The notes under the pieces: model-generated
The model's database searches: none
What the model saw: only the letters and a program-made list of their open reading frames with translations
Told to the model about the DNA's origin: nothing
Assembly: GCA_002862125.1 (NCBI GenBank)
Contig: PHSP01000004.1
Span: 168,935-232,934 of the forward strand
Direction of reading: 5' to 3'
DNA length: 64,000 nt
From: Methylobacter sp. KS41
GTDB lineage: Bacteria > Pseudomonadota > Gammaproteobacteria > Methylococcales > Methylomonadaceae
Translations under genes and position numbers: made by a program
Shown: piece by piece, positions 19,538-30,814 of the stretch
How the letters are laid out: every line of letters starts with the position of its first letter
Numbering within the stretch: the stretch's first letter is position 1

Positions 19538-21189
19538 TGAAATTATGGTTTAAAAGCGGGAGCCCCTGGATATGGCTCACCTCAGCGGCGGTTAGCGCCA
19601 GTCTTATTATGGTATTGGCGGTGTTGGGCCTAATTGCCGTGCGCGGGACTGGAAATTTCTGGCCGCATCAAGTAATCCGGTTGATTTACCAGGAAGAAGG
19701 GAACCAACCAGTAATTATTATTGGTGAAAAAGTTGAAACCAGCATAACGCCTGCCGCGATGGCTAAATCGGCTGGCTTTAAGATGGCCGATAATGAGGAC
19801 GCCCTGGTGCAATATTTAATTAAAACGGGTAACCGTGATGTTACGGGCACTGACTTTCGCTGGATACAGAAACGCAATATCAAGGAACAAAGCGATCCGG
19901 CCGATATGATGGTCGTTGAACGCAGGGAGTGGGGTAATTTTTATGGACAGTTGGTTGAAGTTAAAGAAAGCGGCAAAACTATCGCCACAGGAGAAAAGGC
20001 TTGGCCGGTTGTTCAGGAAAAGATTGAGAATGCTTTAGTGGTTTTTAAAGAAATCAATCGCTTGGAGAAAAAGGAAATAGGAAAGGTAAACTTCGGATTA
20101 GAAAAGTTAAGGCTTAAGCAAAAAAAGTTACAACTTGAAAATCGCTGGAATGCCGCTACGGAACAAAAGATGGAGTCTGAAAAAGCTGACTATGAGGTTG
20201 AATATAAACAATATCAGGAGCAGCTAAGCGGTTTATATCAGAAAATAAGACGTGATACTTTGATCGCTAAAACAGCAAGCGGCAGTTTGCTGGAAATACC
20301 CTTGTCCAAGGTGGTTAGAGTTTATCAGCCCAATGCCATGAATTGGCTTGATAAAATCAGACACTTTGGAATCAAGTTCGGTGAATTTTTAAGCGAAGAT
20401 CCCCGCGAGGCAAATACCGAAGGCGGTATTTTCCCGGCCATTTTCGGCACGGTATTGATGGTTATCATTATGTCGATTATTGTTACGCCGTTTGGAGTGA
20501 TTGCCGCGGTGTATATGCGTGAATATGCCAAACAAGGCTTTATTACCAGACTAATCAGGGTTGCGGTCAATAATCTGGCGGGCGTACCCTCTATTGTTTA
20601 TGGGGTTTTTGGTTTAGGCTTTTTTGTTTACATTTTAGGCGGCAATATCGACCGGCTGTTTTTCCCTGAAGCTGCTCCCGCACCGGTTTTTGGCACGCCG
20701 GGTTTATTGTGGGCTTCAATTACCCTTGCCTTGTTAACTTTACCCGTTGTAATCGTATCCACTGAAGAAGGCTTGGCGCGTATCCCCAGTTCCATACGCG
20801 AAGGCAGTCTGGCGCTGGGCGCTACTAAACTTGAGACGTTATGGCTTACCGTATTACCCATGGCAAGCCCCGCGATGATGACCGGATTAATTCTGGCAGT
20901 TGCCAGGGCTGCCGGCGAAGTAGCGCCGCTGATGCTGGTGGGTGTTGTTAAAATGGCGCCAACATTGCCCCTGGATGGCAATTTCCCGTTTTTGCATTTA
21001 GACCGGAAGTTTATGCACTTGGGATTTCATATATATGATGTCGGCTTTCAAAGTCCAAATGTTGAGGCGGCCAGACCCTTAGTTTACGCGACAGCATTAT
21101 TACTGGTTTTGATAATCATAGGACTCAATCTGGCTGCAATCATCATTAGAAATAATTTGCGAGAAAAATACCGGGCACTGGAAGGTTAA
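19534..21189 (+). CDS. pstA: Phosphate ABC transporter permease PstA (long form)
   Basis: 551 aa with an ATGA overlap onto pstC. C-terminal permease with [14 protein letters not shown]. Confidence 0.85.
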   Translation: MMKLWFKSGSPWIWLTSAAVSASLIMVLAVLGLIAVRGTGNFWPHQVIRLIYQEEGNQPVIIIGEKVETSITPAAMAKSAGFKMADNEDALVQYLIKTGNRDVTGTDFRWIQKRNIKEQSDPADMMVVERREWGNFYGQLVEVKESGKTIATGEKAWPVVQEKIENALVVFKEINRLEKKEIGKVNFGLEKLRLKQKKLQLENRWNAATEQKMESEKADYEVEYKQYQEQLSGLYQKIRRDTLIAKTASGSLLEIPLSKVVRVYQPNAMNWLDKIRHFGIKFGEFLSEDPREANTEGGIFPAIFGTVLMVIIMSIIVTPFGVIAAVYMREYAKQGFITRLIRVAVNNLAGVPSIVYGVFGLGFFVYILGGNIDRLFFPEAAPAPVFGTPGLLWASITLALLTLPVVIVSTEEGLARIPSSIREGSLALGATKLETLWLTVLPMASPAMMTGLILAVARAAGEVAPLMLVGVVKMAPTLPLDGNFPFLHLDRKFMHLGFHIYDVGFQSPNVEAARPLVYATALLLVLIIIGLNLAAIIIRNNLREKYRALEG

Positions 21190-21193
21190 AGAA

Positions 21194-22030
21194 ATGACAG
21201 CACAACATGAAGTACGTACACACGCAATTAATATGAGCTCCGTATTGCGTGATAAGGGAAACCAAAATGGGCATAATGAAACGTGCATCAAGGTTGAAAA
21301 TTTAAATCTATTTTACGGCGAAAAGCAGGCTCTGTATAACATAAACATGGAGATGCCCAAGAAAAAGGTGACTGCCTATATCGGCCCTAGTGGTTGCGGT
21401 AAATCAACGTTGTTGCGTTGTATTAACCGGATGAATGATCTCGTTGACAGCGCTCGCATTGACGGCAGCATTTTGCTGGATGACGAAAACATTTATGATA
21501 AAGCCGTTAATGTAGCCGCTTTACGCAGACGCGTAGGAATGGTATTTCAAAAACCGAATCCTTTCCCCAAGTCTATTTTTGAAAATGTTGCTTACGGCCT
21601 CCGTATTCAAGGCGTTAATGATAAACGGATATTGGAAGAAACCGTCGAAAACGCCCTGCGCGGCGCGGCGCTCTGGGATGAAATGAAGGATCGCCTGAAA
21701 GATAACGCCCTGGGCATTTCCGGCGGTCAGCAACAAAGACTCGTTATTGCCCGGGCGATTGCGATAGAGCCTGAAGTGTTGTTGCTGGATGAACCAGCTT
21801 CCGCTTTGGATCCTATCTCAACGTTAAAAATTGAAGAATTGATCAATGAACTTAAGGAAAAATATACTATAGTTATTGTCACGCACAATATGCAGCAGGC
21901 TGCTCGTGTTTCGGATTTCACGGCGTTTATGTATATGGGCGAATTGATTGAAATGGGCGCAACCAGCGAATTATTTACCAATCCAGTAAAAAAACAAACA
22001 GAAGATTATATTACCGGACGGTATGGATAA
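21194..22030 (+). CDS. pstB: Phosphate ABC transporter ATP-binding protein PstB
   Basis: Walker [13 protein letters not shown] signature LSGGQQQR, Walker B LLLDEP. Confidence 0.9.
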   Translation: MTAQHEVRTHAINMSSVLRDKGNQNGHNETCIKVENLNLFYGEKQALYNINMEMPKKKVTAYIGPSGCGKSTLLRCINRMNDLVDSARIDGSILLDDENIYDKAVNVAALRRRVGMVFQKPNPFPKSIFENVAYGLRIQGVNDKRILEETVENALRGAALWDEMKDRLKDNALGISGGQQQRLVIARAIAIEPEVLLLDEPASALDPISTLKIEELINELKEKYTIVIVTHNMQQAARVSDFTAFMYMGELIEMGATSELFTNPVKKQTEDYITGRYG

Positions 22031-22043
22031 TCAGGAGTAGACG

Positions 22044-22760
22044 ATGGACAACAGTAAAATAAGTCATCACATATCAGAACAGTTCAATATAGAACTTGAG
22101 GATATACGCAACAAAGTTTTAATCATGGGTGGTTTGGTTGAACAGCAAATAGAACTGTCAGTAGAGGCATACACGTCAGGTAATATTGAACTGGCCGAGC
22201 AGGTAATCAAACAGGATGATGAAGTCGACGAACTGGAAATGAGCATCGATCAGGAATGCACGCAGATTTTGGCGCTAAGGCAACCTACGGCATTCGATTT
22301 AAGAATGTTGATGGCGGTTATTAAAATTATCCATGAAATAGAAAGAGTGGGCGACAAGGCTCAACGCATCGCTGAAATGGCGATAAAGCTGGTAGGCGTC
22401 GAAAGCAGATTTCCTCATCACGAACTGGAACACATGGCTGAACTGGTTCAGGGAATGTTGCATGATGCACTGGATGCCTTTGCCAGAATGACCTTGGAGG
22501 ACGTGCCTTCAATTACCGAACGGGATGAAAATGTTGATCGCGAATATGACAATATCCTTAGGCAGTTGATTACCAGGATGATGGAAGACCCGAGAAATAT
22601 TACCCGGACATTGGATGTGCTCTGGACGGTTCGTGCATTGGAAAGAATTGGCGATCATGCCTGTTATATCTGCGAACATCTGGTTTATATGATTAAAGGC
22701 GAAGATGTCCGCCATTTGAGCCAGGAAGAATTGGAAAAGCGAGTCAACGTTCCAAGGTAA
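22044..22760 (+). CDS. phoU: Phosphate signalling complex protein PhoU
   Basis: 238 aa. Two PhoU repeats (DxxxD/E...RIGD motifs: ERVGDKAQRIAE, ERIGDHACYICE). Confidence 0.9.
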   Translation: MDNSKISHHISEQFNIELEDIRNKVLIMGGLVEQQIELSVEAYTSGNIELAEQVIKQDDEVDELEMSIDQECTQILALRQPTAFDLRMLMAVIKIIHEIERVGDKAQRIAEMAIKLVGVESRFPHHELEHMAELVQGMLHDALDAFARMTLEDVPSITERDENVDREYDNILRQLITRMMEDPRNITRTLDVLWTVRALERIGDHACYICEHLVYMIKGEDVRHLSQEELEKRVNVPR

Positions 22761-22840
22761 TATTCAATCTTAGCCAGCGTGTTGTAGCTTCAAGCCCTTC
22801 CGACCGGATCAAGGCAGTTTGAAAGTTAGCAAGAAACGGC

Positions 22841-23608
22841 TTGAACACGACCGCTGGACGACTTAAAGAAACCATGAATTGTCCCAAATGCCGGCGTGAG
22901 TTGCTCGTTCAAAGTGAAATCTGTCCTTATTGCGGCATCGTATTTAAAAAATACTTAAAATATCATCCTGAACTTTCAGACCAGCAGGATGTTTTTGCGC
23001 CCTTTGTGACGATAGCTGAAGACGATCAGGCCAAATCACTGAAACAATTGCTTGATGAGAAGCAGCAATGTTCAGTGGCGAGCCTTATAGGCAGGTCGAT
23101 AATTTATGCTGGCCTCGTTATCTGGAGCTGGCAACTAATGAGCGCAACTATCGAAAGCAACGCAACCGGAAACTCTTTTTTACACCTGATCAATCTGCCT
23201 TTTCATGAAGCAGGGCATATTATTTTCAGGCCATTCGGCGCATTTTTCACCTCATTAGGCGGAACGCTTGGGCAGCTATTAATGCCGTCCATTTGCATGG
23301 GCGTGTTATTGATCAAAACACAAGACCCTTTTGGCGCATCAGTAGCCTTATGGTGGGTTGGTGAAAACTTTCTGGATATTGCGCCGTATATTAACGATGC
23401 GCAAGCTGGACAATTGCCGCTATTGGGCGGTAATTATGGCCATTCTGCGCCTTATGGATTTCACGACTGGCAATATCTTTTAACCGAATCCGGTCTTTTG
23501 AATTATGACCATATTTTGGCCAGATCAGCCTTTGTAACGGGCTCCGTGATCATATTGCTGTCGTTATTATGGAGCGGGCTTTTACTGCTCAGGCGCATAA
23601 AGGCATAA
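22841..23608 (+). CDS. Hypothetical membrane protein with an N-terminal CxxC...CxxC zinc ribbon
   Basis: CPKCRR...CPYCG ribbon, then 4-5 TM segments and a conserved-looking HEAGH motif. Co-directional immediately after phoU. Confidence 0.45.
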   Translation: MNTTAGRLKETMNCPKCRRELLVQSEICPYCGIVFKKYLKYHPELSDQQDVFAPFVTIAEDDQAKSLKQLLDEKQQCSVASLIGRSIIYAGLVIWSWQLMSATIESNATGNSFLHLINLPFHEAGHIIFRPFGAFFTSLGGTLGQLLMPSICMGVLLIKTQDPFGASVALWWVGENFLDIAPYINDAQAGQLPLLGGNYGHSAPYGFHDWQYLLTESGLLNYDHILARSAFVTGSVIILLSLLWSGLLLLRRIKA

Positions 23609-24124
23609 CCCTTCCCTATTGAGCCCAGTGGGATTTATATCGCATGCCTTTGCACGCGTTGGTAAAATTCGCATGGCGATAATGCCAGGAGCATTAACAA
23701 CAACTATTAACGCCGCCACCGGCTAAGGTGATGTTGAACCTTCGACCTTCAAGGTTCATATTTCAACCAACAAAGAGCTTTTTGCATTGTTTAAACGAGT
23801 GGAACAAAAACAACATTGAGTCCCAGCCTCTATTGTCTGACTGCCCTTGCCTGCCAGCAGTTTGCAAGAATCTTTTGTGCTTAAATTCAGTACCCGGCTT
23901 GAATATGGCAAAAACTTCAAGGTTAATTTTTCAATCATAAAATAAGTAGACATCCTTTGAAAGAAAAATGTACATTCATGCCAAGTTAGGATACTGTGGC
24001 TTTAGCCGTGTAAAGACTTATCTAACTATGAATGACTTAACCCCGGCCTAATCTCTAGACACTTGGGCAAACTGGATTTTGGAAGCCTCTCCTTAGGCTT
24101 TCAGGTTAACTGGAAAATACGTTT

Positions 24125-24958
24125 ATGCAAAACCCCCTGTTGCGGCTTTATCCACAACCCGGAGAAAAATGCGCCATTGAAGGCCTTTATCTTGATCATC
24201 AAGTTCAAAAGCTGGGTAGCGCAGAATCACCTTTCGTTTATGCCAACTTCCTGTCCAGTCTCGACGGACGGATTGCTTTAAAAGACACATCTCAAAATAA
24301 AACCTTCATTCCCAAGCATTTAACAACAGCCGCTGATTTCCGGCTATTTTCGGAACTGCATGCGCAGGCAGACTGCCTTGTCACGCATGGTGGCTATTTA
24401 CGCTCACTGGCTGAAGGCCGCCTGGGAAACATCTTGCAAGTCAGGGATAGAGATCTTGCCGAATGGCGCCGTAACAATAATTTAAGCGCTCAGCCCGCAG
24501 TAATTATTGCCAGCGCGAGCCTGAATTTTCCTATGCACAACAGTCTCGCGGAACATGGGCAAACAGTATATATTGCTACCGGAAGAAATGCCGATCCGGG
24601 TCGTATCCATTATTGGCAAGATTTAGGCTACTCCATACTGATATCGGGCGATGATCGAATGGTCCATGGCGCGCCCTTGATTCATGAACTTCATGGGCTA
24701 GGTTACAAAAGTATTTATCTGATTGCCGGCCCGCAAATGCTGGACACTGTAATCCGGGAGAAGCAGTTATCCAGGTTATACCTGACCAGTACTCATCAGT
24801 TAATAGGCGGCACGGATTTTCATACTCTATTGACCGGCTCCGTGCTTGGACCGGAGGGAAACCTGAGACTCATGACGATGTATTACGACCCCTATTCCCC
24901 CCCTGGTTCCGGCCAGTTTTTTATGCAATTCGGCCTGGAGAGATCCGGTAACTATTGA
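24125..24958 (+). CDS. RibD C-terminal domain / dihydrofolate reductase-family protein
   Basis: SPFVYANFLSSLDGRIA...ADCLVTHGGYL is typical of the RibD_C reductase fold. Confidence 0.6.
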   Translation: MQNPLLRLYPQPGEKCAIEGLYLDHQVQKLGSAESPFVYANFLSSLDGRIALKDTSQNKTFIPKHLTTAADFRLFSELHAQADCLVTHGGYLRSLAEGRLGNILQVRDRDLAEWRRNNNLSAQPAVIIASASLNFPMHNSLAEHGQTVYIATGRNADPGRIHYWQDLGYSILISGDDRMVHGAPLIHELHGLGYKSIYLIAGPQMLDTVIREKQLSRLYLTSTHQLIGGTDFHTLLTGSVLGPEGNLRLMTMYYDPYSPPGSGQFFMQFGLERSGNY

Positions 24959-24998
24959 GAGAAAACCTGGTTTTTGCGTCCTAACACCTGAAATCTTG

Positions 24999-25805
24999 TT
25001 AAATACCCTCTTCGACACGTTCGAAGTTTATTTCACCTTCTTCCTGACCGGCTGCGTAGTTTGTTTGGCTACCTTTCTGCCCGTTTTCATAGACTGTTTC
25101 GCTTTCTTTCCGTCCGTCTTCATACCACTCTGTAGATAATCCATTTTTCACTCCATCCTTGTAGTTTACTTCACTTTCTTTCCGCCCGTCTTCATACCAT
25201 TCTGTAGCTATTCCATTTTTCTTCCCTTCGTTATAGCTTATTACACTCTCTTCCTGCCCGTCTTCATACCATCGGGTAGCTAATCCATTTTCCTTTCCAT
25301 CCTTATAGTTTATTTCACTCTCCTTGTTTCCGTTTTCATACCAACGGCTAGCTAATCCATTTTCCTTTCCATTCTTGTAGGTTATTTCACTCTCTTTTTT
25401 TCCGTTTTCATACCATTGGGTAACCAAGCCATCTATCTGTCCATTCAAATAATTTGTTTCACTTTCTTTCACCCCGTTTTCGTTCCACACAGTAGTTAAA
25501 CCATTTCGTTTTCCATCTTTGTAGGTTGTGTTACTGTCTTTTTGCCCGTTTTCATACCACCCTGTAGCCAAGCCATTTTCTTTTCCGTCTTTGAAGTTTA
25601 TTTCACTCTCTTTCTGCCCGTTTGGATAGTATGTTTGGTATTTGCCCGTAAAAGGAACCTCGCTATTAGGTATATACGCAATGTCATTCCTCGTTTGAAT
25701 TACCCTGGTAATTTTTTCTTTCAACCCAATATCTTCTAAAAAACTATTGCTATCGCATCCTGAGATAAATAAAACCATAACTAATATACCCGTCAAAATT
25801 TTCAT
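24999..25805 (-). CDS. MORN-repeat (YwqK-like) lipoprotein with ~10 tandem 23-aa repeats
   Basis: Signal peptide with lipobox (LFISGC). Repeating unit WYENGxKESExNYKDGKxNGLxT, visible as a ~69-bp DNA periodicity. Confidence 0.75.
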   Translation of the reverse strand: MKILTGILVMVLFISGCDSNSFLEDIGLKEKITRVIQTRNDIAYIPNSEVPFTGKYQTYYPNGQKESEINFKDGKENGLATGWYENGQKDSNTTYKDGKRNGLTTVWNENGVKESETNYLNGQIDGLVTQWYENGKKESEITYKNGKENGLASRWYENGNKESEINYKDGKENGLATRWYEDGQEESVISYNEGKKNGIATEWYEDGRKESEVNYKDGVKNGLSTEWYEDGRKESETVYENGQKGSQTNYAAGQEEGEINFERVEEGI

Positions 25806-27045
25806 AGTTGTTGCCTAACGTTAGCGGTATTAATAGGGCGTTTTGCTAAAAATACTCGTTGCTACATAACCGGATTGGTGAATCTAAGCATTGAAAATAA
25901 GCATCATTTGGCCCCGTTGTTTTAATTTATTTTACCCATATATTTCAATAAATTATCCAGCTAATGACAGAAATAACCGGCTCCAAACAAAACAATAATG
26001 AAAGCGGCCACCAATCTGCTTAGTCTGCGCCGTTATTTAACTTATCCTCTCAGCAGCCATGGCTTGATGGAAAGGATGGAGGAGCCCAAACCGATTTATT
26101 GGAAATTCCAGGGTTATAAAACCTATAAAAAACGAGCGATGTAATAGGCGGCAATCTTGATTACCGTTGCCGGCATCAGTTGTGAATATCCATCCTGCGA
26201 TAAACAAGGAGTCCATAAAAAGGCGGCGACCAGTTGGATTTGCACAGGCATAACCTTTCGCACAGCGACCGCGACAAACGTATAGATATAATAAGCTGAA
26301 GTGTCAACAAGCGAACGATAATATCTTTTACGCAGCCATAATTCCCTAAGCCGCCTCTATGAGGGTGTCCATATTCAACTATTTTATTAAAATATTCTCT
26401 CATGTCGTTTCTCTTCTTGAATAACTTGTTTTTTAGAGTCGAGCTATTTCCGTGCCATAAGCAAATATTTTAAAATAACATAAGTAATATCAATATGAAC
26501 CGCTAAAAAAACAGGTGGTGAAACGAATGCAAAAGCTGTTAATGGTTCAAGTAAACCTTTAAATAAGGTTTTTTTCAACCATGCATATTTTTTGTGAGCT
26601 ATCAAAGTTGTAAAATACCAAATCATTCCCGGTTCTACTTTGTCAAATTAACCTGCCCATGCAAAATACATGACTTTTATTATAATAACCAACTGTTTTA
26701 TATTGGTTAATCACGATAATAACATGAAAATGCCAAAACCCTGCTTATTGGCCGCCGATTAGCTGTACACTCAGGTTTTGGTGCGGGATGGCGAAGAAGA
26801 ACAGGCCCGCTACTTGCAACCCTTGGCGCGTCGGAATGTGGGCGCTGACCGCATCACTCTATCGTTTATCGAATGCGCCGCTGGATAAGCCTTGGCAAGA
26901 ACTGACCGGTATTAACTAAGCGACGCTATCTTCGTCAAATGGCTAAGGAATCACACGCCAGACAAACTCAAGTGGCGCTTGAGTGAATCTTACGAAGCAG
27001 AACTTTTTTCTTTTAAGCCAAGTCTGAAGCTTTACAAACATTATA

Positions 27046-28833
27046 TTACTCAGCCGCTTTTGGTTTTGCCCGACGGGATGTAGAACTCATTCTTTTTTTG
27101 CTTTTGTCCGCTTTTTTGGCCGCATCGTCAGGTTGTGATCTTCTAGCGCTACCATCCATTCTTGAAATATTAAGCTGTTGTCCAGCCACCCTGATTCTTT
27201 TCAATTCTTCTATCAGCTCTTTGGGCATGCCCGCAGGCAACTCAACCGTGCTATAGTCGTCTTCGATTCTGATGCGGGCGATATGATCGCCATCTATGCC
27301 GGTTTCATTGGCGATGGCGCCAACAATATTGCCTGGTTTTACTCCGTGATTATGACCGACTTCAATACGGAATACTTCCATTTCTATTTTTCCCTCGCTC
27401 CCAAACGCGCGCTTTGATTTTCGATCCCTTTGCGAGCGGTCTTCTCTATGAAGCCTGTCATCTCTTTGCGGGCGGTCTTCCCGGCTTTCGAAGGATTTTT
27501 TAGGCGGATTTTGCATTAACAGCGGCGTATCCCCTTGCACCAGCTTTGCCAGAGCTGCGGCTATTTCCAGCGCGGAAACATTATGCTCCTGCCGGTATTG
27601 CTCTATCAGTTGAGTGAAAAAACTAAGTTCCTGTACGGCCAAGGTATCTGTAATGTTTTGTTTAAATCGAGAAATACGTTTGTTATTAATAACTTCTGTC
27701 GAAGGCATACCCATTTCTTCAACCTTTTGTTTGGTTGCTTTTTCGATATTACCTAACAGTTTTCTTTCTCTGGGCGCAATAAACAAAATCGCATCGCCTG
27801 TGCGTCCGGCACGCCCGGTTCTGCCTATACGGTGAATATAAGACTCGGTATCATAAGGAATGTCGTAGTTGACAACATGAGTAATTCGGTCAACATCCAA
27901 GCCTCGCGCGGCGACATCGGTGGCGATTAAAATATCCAGCTTGCCGTTTTTAAGATGGGCTATAGTCCGCTCTCTAAGAGTCTGAGACATATCGCCGTTA
28001 ATCGCCGCCGCTGAATAACCCCGCGCCTCAAGTTTTTCCGCCAGCTCAATAGTTGCGGTTTTGGTTCTGACAAAAATAATCATACCGTCGAAGGTTTCGG
28101 CTTCAAGGATACGGGTGAGTGCATCCAGCTTGTGCACGCCGCTGACCATGCAAAAGCGTTGGCGTATGTTTTCAGCTGACGCGGTGGTCACTTTAATAGT
28201 TATTTGTTCCGGCTCATGAAGGTATTCTTGAGCAATTTTGCGGATCACCGGAGGCATAGTCGCGGAAAACAAGGCTATTTGTATATCGTCCGGCGTCTGT
28301 TCCAGCACCCATTCCACATCATCAATAAAACCCATGCGCAGCATTTCATCGGCCTCGTCAAGAACAAGAACGCTAAGTCCGTCCAGATTCAGCGTGCCTT
28401 TGCGCATGTGGTCCATAACCCGGCCTGGCGTGCCGACAACCACATGGGCGCCGCGCTTCAACTGGCGCAGTTGGGTGCTGTAGTCCTGTCCGCCGTAAAT
28501 CGGTAAAACATGAAAACCTTTTAAATGCGCGGCATAACGCTGAAACGCTTCTGCTACCTGGATGGCAAGCTCGCGAGTCGGCGCCAGAACCAGAACCTGC
28601 GGGTCTTTTTGACGAATATCTATACGCGATAAAATAGGCAGCGCGAACGCCGCTGTTTTGCCTGTGCCTGTCTGCGCTTGACCCAGTACATCCTTGCCTT
28701 GCAGCATGTATGGGATAACTTGTGCCTGGATGGGCGATGGTGTTTCATAACCGACATCATCTAGTGCTTTTAGCAGTGGTTCAATCAGTGCTAAATCACG
28801 GAAAGTGGTTAATTGTGAAACGTCATTGGACAT
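27046..28833 (-). CDS. deaD: DEAD-box ATP-dependent RNA helicase DeaD/CsdA
   Basis: Q motif, Walker A AQTGTGKT, DEAD box (VLDEADEM), SAT, HRIGRTGRAGR. C-terminal DbpA-type RNA-binding domain and a basic tail. Confidence 0.9.
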   Translation of the reverse strand: MSNDVSQLTTFRDLALIEPLLKALDDVGYETPSPIQAQVIPYMLQGKDVLGQAQTGTGKTAAFALPILSRIDIRQKDPQVLVLAPTRELAIQVAEAFQRYAAHLKGFHVLPIYGGQDYSTQLRQLKRGAHVVVGTPGRVMDHMRKGTLNLDGLSVLVLDEADEMLRMGFIDDVEWVLEQTPDDIQIALFSATMPPVIRKIAQEYLHEPEQITIKVTTASAENIRQRFCMVSGVHKLDALTRILEAETFDGMIIFVRTKTATIELAEKLEARGYSAAAINGDMSQTLRERTIAHLKNGKLDILIATDVAARGLDVDRITHVVNYDIPYDTESYIHRIGRTGRAGRTGDAILFIAPRERKLLGNIEKATKQKVEEMGMPSTEVINNKRISRFKQNITDTLAVQELSFFTQLIEQYRQEHNVSALEIAAALAKLVQGDTPLLMQNPPKKSFESREDRPQRDDRLHREDRSQRDRKSKRAFGSEGKIEMEVFRIEVGHNHGVKPGNIVGAIANETGIDGDHIARIRIEDDYSTVELPAGMPKELIEELKRIRVAGQQLNISRMDGSARRSQPDDAAKKADKSKKRMSSTSRRAKPKAAE

Positions 28834-29314
28834 GAATTTACCTGTTTGGAGTATTTGGAATGCGCGAAAAACGCGTGGGGGATATTTATAGAGGAATTAT
28901 ACCGCATTATATTGAATTTTGCAGCACATTGATTACCCGTTTGGGCGCTGGTTTTCAATCATCCACATGCCGGTATGTTATGCAAAATGATGAATTTTCG
29001 CCATGATCATTATCGCATGATTAATTTACAGCGCTAAACCATCCAGTCTATGATTTGCCCCGGCCAGCCTCCGCAACAAAGGCCGGGGGCGACGGATCAA
29101 TAATGACAATGGTATTTGCGTTTTGGAAAACAAAACCTGATTATGGATTGCTCCACCATCCCGAACGGAAAAGCCCATATCCCAGCCATGATTATCCATT
29201 CTTGAGATCGGCGCCAGTCGAATTGTGTTTCGCGGCAAAGCATAAAATCATCGCCGGCTCTTTCATCCTCTGCAACAGAACGCTACAGCCTTGTCACCGG
29301 AGAACCCATCAGTA

Positions 29315-30814
29315 TCAACCTTCATAAACCTCATCCTGGGTAATCAGGAACACTACCCAGGAGAATTGGCCGGTGCTTATTTTGCAGCCGCAATAGCCGC
29401 ATTCCGCTGTCTGGCCCATATTATCCGCGGGTGCGCCGCATTGGGGGCATTGACTGATACTGTATGGCTTGCGGTTTAGTTCCATGCCGGCGCGCCGGAC
29501 CATGGTCCAATACTCAGAGTAACGCCGCAACTCCTTTTTGGAACCGCCTAGCAGCTTGCCTTTGGCGTCTTCGGTATAATCGTAGCAGGCGGCAAAAATC
29601 CGCAGGGTGATTGCCTCGTAATACTTGTCTGTCTCGATTTTCACCAATTCCACCTGTTCAATGTTCAAGTTGTCCAGACGGTTATACCAGTCATTTTCAG
29701 CATATAAATCCTGCCAGAAGGAATTGGCCTCGTACAGCCTGTCCGATAGCAAATGTCTGACAGACGGCCATTTGCGCTGACTCCATGCTGCATAGATAGC
29801 CAGAAAATAGGCTTTGACAATGCCGGTTTCAAATTCCCGCCAAAAATCCTGCCAGTCGCTGATGGCGTGTTGTTGCTGAAATTGACTGATTTGTCCGTCC
29901 AGACCGGCTTGCTTTATGGTCGCTAATTGCGTGCCTTGTTCCTCGGCATACGCTACCAGAACGTTACTGGCCAGCGCATTGGTATTCATAACCACGCGTT
30001 TTTCCAAATACCACTGCATGCCGCCTTTTTGCACCACACTGCCGCAATGATCACAGACGCCGGCATCGGTAAAATGAGCGGGTGCGCCGCATTGCGGACA
30101 ACTTAGGGTTTGCATTTTATCGGGTCCGGCTGACAACACGCCTTTTTGCCGGTAAAATTGCCAGCGTTCGTCTACGGCATAGCGGGTATGTTTGCCTTGC
30201 AGGTGCAAGGTGTAATTGGCGTCTATTTCTACACTGAGACTTTCGGTTTCACTGTCCATCGTATTGATTTCAAGCCACTTAATGCCGTTTATCACTACTT
30301 CGTTCACAGTCCATGGACCGGCTTGTTGAAAGTGTTGTTGCAATTCTGCGCTTAAAAAAGGACTGAGGTAGCTGAACTCCGGTTTTGTGGAATAAGTATA
30401 AAACTTGGTGTACAGCGAATGCACAAAATCAAGAAACAGGATACTGGAAAAATTGGCATCGCTTTGTTTCAGTGCAGTCAACTGATCCTTGATAGCGCTC
30501 TGTTGCCGGATACGGTTGACAAGGGTTGGTCTGGCAGTGATTGCTTGCGGGGGACTCATGTTTTTGATAACGGCCACAATTACGATGACCAGCAACACCA
30601 GCAACGAAAACAGAGGATGTACATTGTTCGAATAAGCGCCACCGCCAGTATAATAGCCGTCATTGTATCCGTACGACGAAAAGCCGGAACCGGACGAACC
30701 ATGCGAAAATCCAGACGAACTGCTGGAATGCCCTCCTCCCGGCCTTGCTTGCGCAGGTTCGAGACAAGCCAGTCCGCCCAATATCAACATCAGCGCTAAT
30801 AGAAACGTTTTCAT
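29315..30814 (-). CDS. Secreted/membrane-anchored protein with an N-terminal Gly/Ser-rich region and two Tim44-like modules, each followed by a CxxC-x(n)-CxxC zinc ribbon
   Basis: Signal peptide, GGGHSSSSSGFSHGSSGSG low-complexity stretch, then a TM helix. Two repeats end in CPQCGAPAHF..CDHCG and CPQCGAPADN..CGYCGC. The Tim44-like assignment is by pattern only. Confidence 0.5.
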   Translation of the reverse strand: MKTFLLALMLILGGLACLEPAQARPGGGHSSSSSGFSHGSSGSGFSSYGYNDGYYTGGGAYSNNVHPLFSLLVLLVIVIVAVIKNMSPPQAITARPTLVNRIRQQSAIKDQLTALKQSDANFSSILFLDFVHSLYTKFYTYSTKPEFSYLSPFLSAELQQHFQQAGPWTVNEVVINGIKWLEINTMDSETESLSVEIDANYTLHLQGKHTRYAVDERWQFYRQKGVLSAGPDKMQTLSCPQCGAPAHFTDAGVCDHCGSVVQKGGMQWYLEKRVVMNTNALASNVLVAYAEEQGTQLATIKQAGLDGQISQFQQQHAISDWQDFWREFETGIVKAYFLAIYAAWSQRKWPSVRHLLSDRLYEANSFWQDLYAENDWYNRLDNLNIEQVELVKIETDKYYEAITLRIFAACYDYTEDAKGKLLGGSKKELRRYSEYWTMVRRAGMELNRKPYSISQCPQCGAPADNMGQTAECGYCGCKISTGQFSWVVFLITQDEVYEG

